NCBI GenBank assembly: GCA_024640785.1
Contig: JAHEEI010000001.1
Span: 1-45,713 of the forward strand
Length of the DNA: 45,713 nt
DNA from: Pseudomonadota bacterium
GTDB lineage: Bacteria; Desulfobacterota; WTBG01; CAIYCZ01; CAIRTM01
Reading direction: 5' to 3'
Shown: piece by piece, positions 8,391 through 18,107 of the stretch
Numbering within the stretch: the first letter of the stretch is position 1
Layout: the number at the start of each line of letters is the position of its first letter
Program-made: the position numbers and the translations under genes
Notes under the pieces: model-generated
Databases searched by the model: none
Told to the model about the DNA's origin: nothing
Seen by the model: only the letters and a program-made list of their open reading frames with translations

Positions 8391-10052
8391 GTGGACAATA
8401 GACCCTGGCTTAATTCCTATGATCCGGAAGTTCCAAAAAGTCTTTCGTTTTCGAATGCGCTGATTCCTTCGATACTTGAAAAATCTGCAGAACGGTTTCC
8501 AAAGCAGAACGCCCTGATATTTTTTGGTTTTTCCATGACCTACCTTAAGCTCTGGGATGCAGTGAAAAGTTTTTCCTGCGCACTGCAGGGGTGTGGTGTG
8601 AAAAAAGGTGACAGGGTCGTGATTTTACTCCCCAACAGTCCACACTTTATTATCTCATATTATGCTGTTTTAAGAGGTGGCGCTGTCGTGGTCCCAACAA
8701 ATCCTCTTTACAGTGATAAAGAGCTTTTGTTTCAGGTCAATGATTCCGGTTCTGAATTTCTCATAACCCTTGATATTTTTTTCCCGAATGTTAAAAAAAT
8801 TCTGCCGGATACCGGTCTCAAAAAGATTATTGTAGGGGGAATACAGGATTTTTTACCGCCCATCAAGAAATTTCTTTACCCTTTTTCGGCTAATAAAGAT
8901 AAGAAGCAGGTTGTTGTGCATGAACGGAATACTGTTTTTCTGTTTCATAAATTAATAAAACAGAAATTTGAGGTTTTTAAAGCGCCTGATATGTCAGATG
9001 ATGATCTTGCTCAGCTGCAGTATACGGGCGGTACAACAGGTGTTGCAAAGGGAGCCATGCTTACCCATAAAAATATTGTGGCAAACAATCTGCAGATGAA
9101 AAACTGGTATGTTGGAATAAAAGAAAAGGAGGAGGTATTTATTTCGGTGCTTCCCTTTTTTCATGTATACGGTATGGCCGCAGCCATGGGCTTGCCGATT
9201 TCAGTCGGCGCAACCCTTATTATTTATCCGCGTTTTGTTGCAAAGGATATTCTTAAGGGAATTGCAAAATACAGGGCCACTGCTTTTCCAGGGATACCCA
9301 GCATTTACAGTGTGATAAATTCTCACCGGGAAATATCAAAGTATGATGTTTCAAGCATAAAGTTCTGTCTCTCAGGTGCTGCCCCTCTGCCAATTACAGT
9401 TCTTGAAGAGTTTGAGAAAAAAACAGGGGGGCTCCTGCTTGAAGGATATGGTCTTTCCGAAGCCTCACCGGTTACTCACTGTAACCCCATTAAAGGGAAA
9501 AGAATAGTCGGTAGTATCGGCATGCCTGTAACAGGCACGGACTGCAAAATTGTTGATGTGGAAACAGGAGAAGACCTTTCCCCTGGAGAAGTGGGAGAAC
9601 TCTGTGTCAGTGGTCCTCAGGTAATGCGGGGTTACTGGAACAGGCCAGATGAAAGCGAAAAGACCTTAAAAGACGGCTGGCTTTTTACCGGTGATGTTGC
9701 ACGTATGGATGAAAATGGATATTTTTATATTGTGGAAAGAAAAAAAGATATGATCATTTCAGAGGGTTTCAATATCTATCCCCGAGAGATAGAAGAGTTT
9801 TTATTGACTCACCCTAAAATACGCGATGCTGCTGTTGTGGGTGCTCCTGATAAGCTGCGCGGGGAAAAGGTTATTGCCTATGTGTCTGTAAAGGAGAATG
9901 AAGAAACAGCAGCAGATGAGATTATAAAATATTGTCGTGATAATTTAGTCAAATACAAGGTTCCCAAAAAGGTAATCTTTAAAGATGATATCCCCACCAA
10001 TATTGCAGGCAAAAAACTTCGGAGAGTTTTGCGAGAGGAGGCCGTCAATTAA
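8391..10052 (+). CDS. fadD: long-chain-fatty-acid--CoA ligase (AMP-binding enzyme)
   Basis: AMP-binding signature LQYTGGTTGVAKGAMLTH, GYGLSE, and the C-terminal IAGKKLRR lysine motif. 553 aa, GTG start. Confidence 0.85.
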   Translation: MDNRPWLNSYDPEVPKSLSFSNALIPSILEKSAERFPKQNALIFFGFSMTYLKLWDAVKSFSCALQGCGVKKGDRVVILLPNSPHFIISYYAVLRGGAVVVPTNPLYSDKELLFQVNDSGSEFLITLDIFFPNVKKILPDTGLKKIIVGGIQDFLPPIKKFLYPFSANKDKKQVVVHERNTVFLFHKLIKQKFEVFKAPDMSDDDLAQLQYTGGTTGVAKGAMLTHKNIVANNLQMKNWYVGIKEKEEVFISVLPFFHVYGMAAAMGLPISVGATLIIYPRFVAKDILKGIAKYRATAFPGIPSIYSVINSHREISKYDVSSIKFCLSGAAPLPITVLEEFEKKTGGLLLEGYGLSEASPVTHCNPIKGKRIVGSIGMPVTGTDCKIVDVETGEDLSPGEVGELCVSGPQVMRGYWNRPDESEKTLKDGWLFTGDVARMDENGYFYIVERKKDMIISEGFNIYPREIEEFLLTHPKIRDAAVVGAPDKLRGEKVIAYVSVKENEETAADEIIKYCRDNLVKYKVPKKVIFKDDIPTNIAGKKLRRVLREEAVN

Positions 10053-10092
10053 AGAGCCACGCAATTTTACCAAGGCAGATATCTTAATATGA

Positions 10093-10300
10093 AATCGTAA
10101 AGGTGAAAGGGTTGTTCTTAAAGACTATCGAAAAATTTTTTGATAAGAAATTCATACGGTAGGTTTGCTCTGAAAAAGGAAGCAAAGTCGTATTCATGTG
10201 TGAGTAATGTTGAAGGTATCACCCGGTGCTTTGGTCTAGGAAAAATCATGTTTTGATTTTGGAGTATATAAATGGAAAACTCTTAAGCTCTTTGTCTTGA
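10093..10300 (+). pseudogene. frameshifted remnant of a protein-kinase-fold (Kdo/WaaP/RIO-like) N-lobe
   Basis: Three frames read NRKGERVVLKDYRKIF, then FLIRNSYGRFALKKEAKSYSCVSNVEGITRCFGLGKIMF, then VLILEYINGKLLSSLS, each ended by a stop. The pattern resembles a kinase N-lobe plus hinge. No catalytic lobe follows. Confidence 0.35.
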
Positions 10301-10499
10301 CACGCCCGTTCCCAAAGGATTTTCGGCGTTTGTTATGATGTGTTTAGCCTGCTAAAAAGAAGAGTTGCAAAAGTAAAAAGTTTTAATTTTTATTAAAAGC
10401 ACAAATATTTTTTTGTTTAGCCTGCTTATTTTTCTGCTGCCCTTTATGCCTGTCTTGTGCCGGGACAAGTTGAGAAAATTTAATACACTTTTTTAAAAA

Positions 10500-10820
10500 C
10501 TATTTGTTTCCCCCTCCAACAATCAGTCCAAACCAAAACTCATCTCCATCTTTTACAATGGTTTTAACCCCATCCGGAAAATCCTGAATCCATTGAATAC
10601 GTTTTTTATTAAGATAAATATTAGGGGTTTTAAATTTTTTACCCTGGATTGTTCCTTCTGCATAAACATTTTTACTGAATTCTCTGCCATATTTATCCGA
10701 CATAAATTCAATAAACTTTTCAACGCTCATGTTGTCAGAGATTTCAATGGTTTCCCCATCTTTTTTGGTTGCTCCAAGAACGGTAGTAAAATATTTGCAG
10801 GTCACTTTTATCTTCGCCAT
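10500..10820 (-). CDS. MoaD/ThiS-family beta-grasp (ubiquitin-like sulfur carrier-like) protein with a GG-NK tail
   Basis: KIKV...DGDEFWFGLIVGGGNK matches the MoaD/ThiS layout (DGDEV..FPPVSGG). GGAGAAAAA precedes the ATG. 106 aa. Confidence 0.55.
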   Translation of the reverse strand: MAKIKVTCKYFTTVLGATKKDGETIEISDNMSVEKFIEFMSDKYGREFSKNVYAEGTIQGKKFKTPNIYLNKKRIQWIQDFPDGVKTIVKDGDEFWFGLIVGGGNK

Positions 10821-11018
10821 TTTTTCTCCAAAGCTCTATTACTTCATGTGTATCTCAAAATGATAATAGTTGTTTTAAATATTGTCAATCCATAAATTTT
10901 CAGGTGCGTTGTCAGCAACAAGAAAACCCATGATAAAGACAAAATGTCAATAATTTCAAATTACCTGTCCAGAAATAAATATCTTGAAAAGGGGTTAATG
11001 GTGACGGTGAAAGAGCGG

Positions 11019-12323
11019 TTAGGATTTGTTGTCTTTTCGTTTGTGTCCCGTTCCGAGATCATGGTCAAGGTTAAAAAGTTTACGTGCAGCTTCCAGGTAC
11101 AGGCTCCCGTCAAAAGTATCAGACTGTTTTTTAAGCACAACAACCGGTGAGTGAAGAATCTTGTTTATAATGGAAGAGGTTAGTCCGTCTATAGCGCATA
11201 TCTGTTTAGAGGTCAGCCCGTCTAGTTTGGAAAACAGTTTTGCCAGTTCTTTTTTTCGAATCTTTTCTCCCTTTTCTTTAAGTTCTACAATTGTAGGGAT
11301 AACATCTAAAAATTTAACCCAGTTGTCGGTTGCCAAAACCACATCTTCAATAAGCGCTTCTGCCTTTCTGGCTGCTGCTGTGCGCTCGTTAAGGTTATGA
11401 GTAGCAATGCCATTTAAATCATCAATATCGTACAAAAAGACATTGTCAATCTCATTGACTTCGGGATCAATATTTCTGGGAACCGAGATATCAATCATAA
11501 AAATAGGGCTGTTTTTTCTCTCCTTTATTAATCCTTTTACTGCTTCAGGTGTAATAAGATAATATGGCGCCCCAGTTGAACAGATGACAATATCGGCTTC
11601 TGCCATTTTATATAAAAAACTTTCATATGCAACAGCAGTACCTCGATATTTAAGAGCAAGACGTTCGGATTTATTAAGGTTTCTTGTAGAGATCAGGATT
11701 TCACCGGCGCCTCCTTCAATGAGGTGTTTTAATGCAAGTTCAGCCATTTGTCCTGCACCCAGGATAAAGACTTTTCTGTTTTTGAGGCTCCCCAGTATCC
11801 TTTCAGCAAGTTCCAACGCAACTGAGCTTAGAGAAACTCGAAATCGCGATATAGCAGTTTGGGTTTTCACCTGTTTTGCCACGGAAATTGCTTTTTTATA
11901 AACTTTATTGAGCAATACGGATGATGTTTTATGAGAAAGGGCTGTTTCAAAAGCACTCTTGACCTGTCCTAAAATCTGAGACTCACCAATAACTTGAGAA
12001 TCAAGGCTTGAAACAACCCGGAAAATATGTTTAATCGCTTCGCCTTCTGAATAAAAATAGAGGTGAGGATGAAGCATTTCTCGTTCAATAGAAAAAGTTT
12101 CTGAAAGATACTTGACAATATTGTCAAAACCCTTTGACGGATCCCTGACTGCGGCAGCAACCTCCATCCGGTTGCAGGTGGAAAGAATAAGGGTTTCGTC
12201 AATTTCCGGCAGTTCCAGAAGGTCGCAGAGGGCTCTGGGTAAAGCTTCCTTATTAAATGAAAGTTTTTCCCTTACATTAACATCTGCTGTTTTGTGGTTA
12301 AGCCCTACCAGAATAAGATTCAT
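11019..12323 (-). CDS. hemA: glutamyl-tRNA reductase
   Basis: LNHKTA...LSTCNRMEV active-site Cys motif. NADPH-binding VFILGAGQMAEL. 434 aa. Confidence 0.9.
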   Translation of the reverse strand: MNLILVGLNHKTADVNVREKLSFNKEALPRALCDLLELPEIDETLILSTCNRMEVAAAVRDPSKGFDNIVKYLSETFSIEREMLHPHLYFYSEGEAIKHIFRVVSSLDSQVIGESQILGQVKSAFETALSHKTSSVLLNKVYKKAISVAKQVKTQTAISRFRVSLSSVALELAERILGSLKNRKVFILGAGQMAELALKHLIEGGAGEILISTRNLNKSERLALKYRGTAVAYESFLYKMAEADIVICSTGAPYYLITPEAVKGLIKERKNSPIFMIDISVPRNIDPEVNEIDNVFLYDIDDLNGIATHNLNERTAAARKAEALIEDVVLATDNWVKFLDVIPTIVELKEKGEKIRKKELAKLFSKLDGLTSKQICAIDGLTSSIINKILHSPVVVLKKQSDTFDGSLYLEAARKLFNLDHDLGTGHKRKDNKS

Positions 12324-12516
12324 AAAGCCTTTGATTTTTTAAATGTTGAGAAACAAGCCTGTTAAAAGGGTCGTTTGCTGCTTTTTTGATTTTACCCTGT
12401 GATGTTCTGATTAGGGTTACGACGGTAGTATACAATTTTGGAGTTTTGTAATAGACTCCATAATGATCTATGTGTTTCGTTACTTTTAAGGTAGATCTGA
12501 AGATTTGTCAAATCAA

Positions 12517-12545
12517 TTGACATGATAGATTTATTACTTTATATA
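12517..12545 (+). promoter_or_regulatory. sigma70-like promoter candidate for the hemC operon
   Basis: TTGACA (12517-12522), 17-nt spacer, TATATA (12540-12545). The -35 lies in the inverted repeat TGTCAA-N5-TTGACA (12506-12522). Confidence 0.35.
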
Positions 12546-12626
12546 TTTTTTAAAAAAAAGCAAGTAATTCACAAATATGGAAAGTTTTGAGTTGTTGAAT
12601 TATAAATATTTATAGATTCAAAAGAT

Positions 12627-13529
12627 ATGAAAATAAAAATTGGAACCAGAATTAGTAAGCTTGCATTATGGCAGGCTGAATATGTGGCACATTTAATAGG
12701 TAAGGATAAAACCGAGATCATCATTATTAAAACAAAAGGGGACCAGATCCAGAATGTCTCTTTTGAAAAGATGGAAGGAAAAGGTTTTTTCACCAAAGAA
12801 ATTGAAAATGCCCTGCTGGAAAAACAGGTTGATCTTGCTGTCCATTCTCTAAAAGATTTGCCCACAGAAAGTATCCCCGGATTAAAAGTAGCCGCAATTC
12901 CGGTTAGGGAAAACGCTTCTGATATGCTTCTAATCCGGCCTGAAGCGGTTGATGCGGAAAGAAAACTCAAAGTTAAGCAGGGGGCAGTCATCGGGACCAG
13001 TTCTTTTCGGCGGCTTGCCCAGCTGAAACTGGCTGATGAATCAGTGCGGGTTGAACCGTTGCGGGGCAATGTGAACACTCGGCTGAGGAAAATCCGTGAA
13101 AAAGAGTACGAGGCCATTGTGCTAGCCTCTGCAGGAATCATACGTCTTAACCCAGAAATTAGCGATCTAAATACTTTTGAGTTGCCTTTTGATCTATTTC
13201 TCCCGGCTCCTGCCCAGGGGGCTCTGGGCCTTCAGACCCGAGCAGATGATCAGGTTACCATTAATGTTGTTTCGAAACTGAACCATAATGAAACAGAGCT
13301 TGCCGTAACTGCAGAGCGGGAATTCCTGCACCATTTTGGCGGAGGCTGCCATGTGCCTTTGGGAGCCCATGCAACTGTTTCAAACCGGCAGATTCACCTT
13401 ACCGGCATTGTAGTGTCTATTGACGGGTTAAAACAGATCAGGGAATCGGTAAGCGCTTCTGATCCGGAAACAGCAGGAAAAGAACTTGCCCGCATACTAA
13501 AAGAAAAAGGAGCTGACAGTTTATTATGA
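12627..13529 (+). CDS. hemC: hydroxymethylbilane synthase (porphobilinogen deaminase)
   Basis: IGTRISKLALWQAE, AVHSLKDLP, RGNVNTRL, and the cofactor-Cys region GGGCHVPLGA. 300 aa. Confidence 0.9.
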   Translation: MKIKIGTRISKLALWQAEYVAHLIGKDKTEIIIIKTKGDQIQNVSFEKMEGKGFFTKEIENALLEKQVDLAVHSLKDLPTESIPGLKVAAIPVRENASDMLLIRPEAVDAERKLKVKQGAVIGTSSFRRLAQLKLADESVRVEPLRGNVNTRLRKIREKEYEAIVLASAGIIRLNPEISDLNTFELPFDLFLPAPAQGALGLQTRADDQVTINVVSKLNHNETELAVTAEREFLHHFGGGCHVPLGAHATVSNRQIHLTGIVVSIDGLKQIRESVSASDPETAGKELARILKEKGADSLL

Positions 13530-15019
13530 AAAACGGATTCGTATATTTAATTGGAGCCGGGCCCGGGGATCCCGAGTTGATTACCCTGAAAGCGATAAGA
13601 TCTATGGAAGAGGCGGATTGTATTATATATGATTATTTAGCTAACCCGGCATTTGTTGAAAAGTACAGCTGTGAAAAAATTTATGTTGGCAAATCCGGCA
13701 GCGAACAAACCCTGACACAGGAAGGTATCAATAGGTTGCTGATTGCAAAAGCAAAAGAAGGAAAAATTGTTGCACGGCTGAAAGGCGGCGATCCTTTTAT
13801 TTTTGGCCGGGGCGGAGAAGAGGCTGAAGAACTGGTAGAAGAGGGGATCCCTTTTGCAATCGTTCCCGGTATTTCATCTTTTTATTCAGCACCGGCCTAT
13901 GCCGGTATTCCAATTACCCACCGTGATCATGCCAATGCCCTGGAAGTGGTCACTGGCCACCGGCGTGCGGACGCTGCCTCTGGTGAAGATGTTAATTTTC
14001 CGGAGTATAATGATGACCGTACCTTTGCGTTCCTCATGGGGGTAAAAAATTTGCCCCACATTTCAAAATCACTGATTGAAAAGAAAAGTTTCCCCCAAGA
14101 CACACCTGTTGCCCTTATTTCATGGGGCACGTGTCCTGAACAGCAGGTGGTAACCGGTCCGATTAAAGACATTGCTGAAATTGCCGTTCGGGAAAATGTC
14201 CGCCCACCCGCGATTACTCTGGTTGGAAGTGTAGTTTCTTTACGGGAAAAGCTCCGCTGGTTTGACAATCAGCCGCTGTTTGGAAAGAAAATTGTGGTAA
14301 CCCGAACATGGAACCAGGCCTCAACGTTAACCCGGAAACTATCAGCCATGGGTGCAGCCGTTATTGAATTTCCCACCATTGAAATTAAATCCACAGAAGA
14401 CCGCTCATCCCTTGAAGATGCTTTGGGTCGTATTAATGAATACAGCTGGCTGTTCTTAACTTCTCAAAATGCGACAAATATTTTTTTTGAGACGCTGTTT
14501 GGTTTAGGGTGTGACGCCCGAGCGCTGGGAAATGTTAAGGTTGCAGTTATTGGACCGGCAACAGGAAAAGAGTTAAAAAAGTATGGAATCCATCAGGACC
14601 TGACCCCTAAGGAATATGTGGCAGAGAGTCTGCTTGATGCTGTAAAAGATCTTGATCTGTCCGGTAAAAAAGTACTGTTGCCCTGTGCTGAAGAAGCACG
14701 GCCGACTCTGGCTGAAGGCTTACAGAAACTGGGTGCCCAGGTTGACCGTATCCACACCTATAAGACGGTAACACCGGAACATATTGATCAGGCTATCTTG
14801 GAAAAAATACAGAATGCAGATATGGTCACTTTTACCAGTTCATCAACAGCCAGAAACTTTTTCGCCCTTCAGCCAAAAACAGCTGCTGTCTGTGCCAGTA
14901 TTGGACCGGTTACCTCAAAAACCATACGGGCATGTTCACACGAACCGGCGATTGAAGCTTCGGAATATACCATAGCCGGACTTGTACAGGCAATCGTTGA
15001 TCATTATAAGAAAGCTTAA
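13526..15019 (+). CDS. cobA/hemD: bifunctional uroporphyrinogen-III C-methyltransferase / uroporphyrinogen-III synthase
   Basis: N-terminal SUMT domain (VYLIGAGPGDPELITLKA, LKGGDPFIFGRGGEE). C-terminal HemD-like half (GKKIVVTRTWNQA...). The ATGA start overlaps the hemC stop. Confidence 0.9.
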   Translation: MKNGFVYLIGAGPGDPELITLKAIRSMEEADCIIYDYLANPAFVEKYSCEKIYVGKSGSEQTLTQEGINRLLIAKAKEGKIVARLKGGDPFIFGRGGEEAEELVEEGIPFAIVPGISSFYSAPAYAGIPITHRDHANALEVVTGHRRADAASGEDVNFPEYNDDRTFAFLMGVKNLPHISKSLIEKKSFPQDTPVALISWGTCPEQQVVTGPIKDIAEIAVRENVRPPAITLVGSVVSLREKLRWFDNQPLFGKKIVVTRTWNQASTLTRKLSAMGAAVIEFPTIEIKSTEDRSSLEDALGRINEYSWLFLTSQNATNIFFETLFGLGCDARALGNVKVAVIGPATGKELKKYGIHQDLTPKEYVAESLLDAVKDLDLSGKKVLLPCAEEARPTLAEGLQKLGAQVDRIHTYKTVTPEHIDQAILEKIQNADMVTFTSSSTARNFFALQPKTAAVCASIGPVTSKTIRACSHEPAIEASEYTIAGLVQAIVDHYKKA

Positions 15020-15046
15020 CTATATCCAGCTTCAGGAGAGAACACG

Positions 15047-16021
15047 ATGGATCTTATAGAACGACCTCGCCGCCTTCGAAATTCAGCCATACTGCGCAAC
15101 ATGATATCGGAAACACAGCTTAACGCCGACAAATTGATCATGGGGTATTTTGTCTGTGAGGGAAGAAATATCCGTCACGCAATAACTTCTATGCCCGGGA
15201 TTGACCGGGTATCGCTTGATAACCTTCTCGGGGATGTATCTTCTGATATTGCCTATGGCTTAAAATCTGTTTTGCTGTTTGGCATTCCAGACCAAAAAGA
15301 TGAGCGCGGAAAGGGTGCCTATGATACAAACGGAATTGTACAGCGGGCCGTACGGGCACTGAAGAAAGAGTTTCCCGAACTGCTGGTGATAACAGATGTC
15401 TGTTTATGTGAGTTTACCAGTCACGGGCATTGCGGTATTGTAGATAATGGGAAAGTCCTTAATGATCCGACTCTTGCGCTTTTGGCAAAAACAGCTGTTT
15501 CTCAGGCTGCTGCCGGTGCAGACATGGTCGCACCATCAGACATGATGGACGGCAGAGTGGGTGCTATCCGGCAGTCTCTTGATGAACAGGGATTTCAGAA
15601 TATTCCGATTATGTCCTATGCCGCAAAATATGCATCTGCCTTTTATGGACCCTTTCGTGATGCGGCGGGCAGTGCACCCCAGTTTGGCGACCGGCAAAGT
15701 TACCAAATGGACTTCCGTAATGCGCGTGAGGCAGAATACGAGGTGCTGCTTGATCTTGAGGAGGGTGCTGATATTGTTATGGTAAAACCCGCTCTCAGCT
15801 ATCTTGATATCATTTGTCGCGTCCGGCAAATGGTCCAGGTTCCGGTATGTGCCTATAATGTCAGCGGAGAATATTCAATGGTAAAGATAGCTGCTCATTC
15901 GGGATTTGTAAATGAAGAACAAATGGTAAAGGAAATTTTGACCTCTATTTTCCGTGCCGGCGCTGACATGGTTATTTCCTACCATACCCGGGACATCTTA
16001 AAAAACAACTGGTTTAAATAA
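15047..16021 (+). CDS. hemB: porphobilinogen synthase (Zn-type)
   Basis: RPRRLR, the Cys-rich Zn site DVCLCEFTSHGHCG, and active-site Lys regions (MVKPAL). 324 aa. Confidence 0.9.
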   Translation: MDLIERPRRLRNSAILRNMISETQLNADKLIMGYFVCEGRNIRHAITSMPGIDRVSLDNLLGDVSSDIAYGLKSVLLFGIPDQKDERGKGAYDTNGIVQRAVRALKKEFPELLVITDVCLCEFTSHGHCGIVDNGKVLNDPTLALLAKTAVSQAAAGADMVAPSDMMDGRVGAIRQSLDEQGFQNIPIMSYAAKYASAFYGPFRDAAGSAPQFGDRQSYQMDFRNAREAEYEVLLDLEEGADIVMVKPALSYLDIICRVRQMVQVPVCAYNVSGEYSMVKIAAHSGFVNEEQMVKEILTSIFRAGADMVISYHTRDILKNNWFK

Positions 16022-16061
16022 TATAACTGCTACGAGCAGTTTCTGTCTCGGAGAAACATTC

Positions 16062-17354
16062 ATGAATACAAACAAATCAAAAGCTCTCTTTGCTGAGGCA
16101 TTAAATCTTCTGCCTGGAGGCGTGGATTCACCGGTCAGGGCTTTCCGTTCAGTGGGTGGGACGCCGCTCTTTATGAAGAAGGGGAAAGGTGCTCGCGTAA
16201 TTGATGAAGATGATAATGAATATGTGGATTACTGCATGTCATGGGGGCCTTTGATTCTGGGACACGCAGACCCCGACGTTCTTAAGGCCATTCAGGAAAC
16301 AGCTGTTCAGGGAACAAGCTTTGGTACACCGCATAAAAGCGAAATTGAGCTAGCGCGACTGGTGACAGGTGCGTATCCCTCAATAGAGCAGGTCCGGTTT
16401 GTCAACTCTGGAACAGAAGCAACCATGAGTGCTATCCGGCTGGCCCGGGGATTTACTGGGAGAGATAAGTTTATTAAGTTTGACGGCTGCTACCATGGCC
16501 ATGCTGACTTCCTTCTGGTCGCCTCAGGATCCGGGCTGGCAACCTTCGGAACACCTGATTCTGCCGGCGTTACTGACGGCAATGCCCGGGATACCGTGGT
16601 TGTACCGTATAATGATGTGGTGGCTCTGGAGGAAGTTCTTAAAAAAGAGGCGGATACGATTTCAGCCATTATTATGGAACCGGTGCCCTGCAATTATGGT
16701 CTAGTCCTGCCGGAGAAAGCGTATCTGCAAAAAGTACGGAAGCTCTGTGACCGTTATGGGGTGCTGCTGATTTTTGATGAAGTGATTAACGGGTTTCGTC
16801 TTGCCCTTGGCGGTGCTCAGGAATATTTTGGTATTCAGGCTGACCTGACAACTCTTGGAAAAATTATTGGCGGGGGACTGCCTGTGGGTGCCTATGGCGG
16901 CAAAAAAGAGATTATGAAAAAGATTGCCCCTGAGGGACCGGTCTATCAGGCCGGCACTTTATCCGGGAACCCGCTGGCCATGTCAGCGGGTATCGCAATG
17001 GTAAAAAAACTTATTTCCAAAGATGCCTACTCTATTCTCCGTGAAAAAGCGGCATTTTTAAGAAACAGGTTGGATTATGTGCTTCAGAAATATGAAGGCC
17101 GGGTACTCTTTTCACAGCTCGAATCAATTTTTACGTTTAGTTTTATTGATGCAAAGAAAATCACCTCATTGGATACGGTAAAAAAGTGCAGCATGGAACT
17201 GTATGCCGACTTTCATCGCGAGTTGCTGAATCGTGGTGTATATCTAGCCCCTTCAGGTTATGAAGTCGGTTTTTTATCCCTTGCCCATACTGAACAAGAC
17301 CTTATTGGAACAGCTGAAGCTGTCACGGAAGCCCTAGATTCAATTTTTTCTTAA
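16062..17354 (+). CDS. hemL: glutamate-1-semialdehyde 2,1-aminomutase
   Basis: LPGGVDSPVRAF, NSGTEA, FDEVINGFR, and the PLP-Lys context TTLGKIIGGGLP. 430 aa. Confidence 0.9.
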   Translation: MNTNKSKALFAEALNLLPGGVDSPVRAFRSVGGTPLFMKKGKGARVIDEDDNEYVDYCMSWGPLILGHADPDVLKAIQETAVQGTSFGTPHKSEIELARLVTGAYPSIEQVRFVNSGTEATMSAIRLARGFTGRDKFIKFDGCYHGHADFLLVASGSGLATFGTPDSAGVTDGNARDTVVVPYNDVVALEEVLKKEADTISAIIMEPVPCNYGLVLPEKAYLQKVRKLCDRYGVLLIFDEVINGFRLALGGAQEYFGIQADLTTLGKIIGGGLPVGAYGGKKEIMKKIAPEGPVYQAGTLSGNPLAMSAGIAMVKKLISKDAYSILREKAAFLRNRLDYVLQKYEGRVLFSQLESIFTFSFIDAKKITSLDTVKKCSMELYADFHRELLNRGVYLAPSGYEVGFLSLAHTEQDLIGTAEAVTEALDSIFS

Positions 17355-17452
17355 GCTCATCAAGAGAATCAAAGAAAATGGGTTGACCGAGAAAATGAAA
17401 AATAATTAGAAAAAAATAGTCGCATTTTTATGTCTGAGGTACTTTTTTACTG

Positions 17453-18100
17453 ATGAAACTTTATCCGATTACGATTAATATCGAGGGCAGGCTGATAGCT
17501 ATGATTGGTGGCGGGAACGTGGCGCTGTGTAAAACCCGTGATTTGCTGGAAACCGGTGCGAATGTTACGGTAATGGCACCGGAAATACATGACGGGTTTA
17601 ATGGTCTTGTTAATGAATATGGTGATCGGATTGAGCTTGTAAAGAGAGAATATGTAAGCGGCAGTCTTGGGAAATACAGCCTTGTTTTCTCGGCCACAAA
17701 TAGTGCCGAAGTTAACAATGCGGTCTATACAGAGGCTCATTCTAAAAACATTTTTATTAATGTAGTCGATGATCCTCAAAATTGCTCTTTTTTTATACCC
17801 TCTTTTACCAGAAAGGGAGACTTGATCCTTTCCCTTTCCACCAGCGGTTGTTCTCCTGCGTATGCCGCACGGCTGAGGAGGGCGCTTGAGGAGCAAGTTC
17901 CGGAAAATATAGAAGAGATCCTAACCGTACTTGCCGAACTCAGGGAGAAACTGAAAAAGGATAAATCGTTTAGCCATATGGAGACAAAGAAGAGAGGTTC
18001 ACTGCTTAAAAGGATTGCAAATGATGATACACTTTTATCTGAGGCCTGCAAAGCCTTAAAAGAAAAGAAACTCAAAGCGTTTCTTCTTAATTTGACTTAA
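17453..18100 (+). CDS. sirC: precorrin-2 dehydrogenase / sirohydrochlorin ferrochelatase (CysG N-terminal/SirC/Met8-like)
   Basis: Rossmann motif IAMIGGGNVALCKTRDLLETGANVTV. 215 aa, size and position consistent with the siroheme branch. Confidence 0.7.
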   Translation: MKLYPITINIEGRLIAMIGGGNVALCKTRDLLETGANVTVMAPEIHDGFNGLVNEYGDRIELVKREYVSGSLGKYSLVFSATNSAEVNNAVYTEAHSKNIFINVVDDPQNCSFFIPSFTRKGDLILSLSTSGCSPAYAARLRRALEEQVPENIEEILTVLAELREKLKKDKSFSHMETKKRGSLLKRIANDDTLLSEACKALKEKKLKAFLLNLT

Positions 18101-18107
18101 GCCTGTT

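Noticed and set aside
12569-13141. 190-aa ORF antisense to hemC
   Set aside because: It lies fully within the confidently identified hemC coding region, has a low-complexity S/R/F-rich product, and shows no motif.
17447-18075. 149-aa, 85-aa and 99-aa minus-strand ORFs over sirC
   Set aside because: They are overlapping shadow ORFs with no motifs. The plus-strand ORF has the Rossmann GGGNVA motif and fits the operon context.
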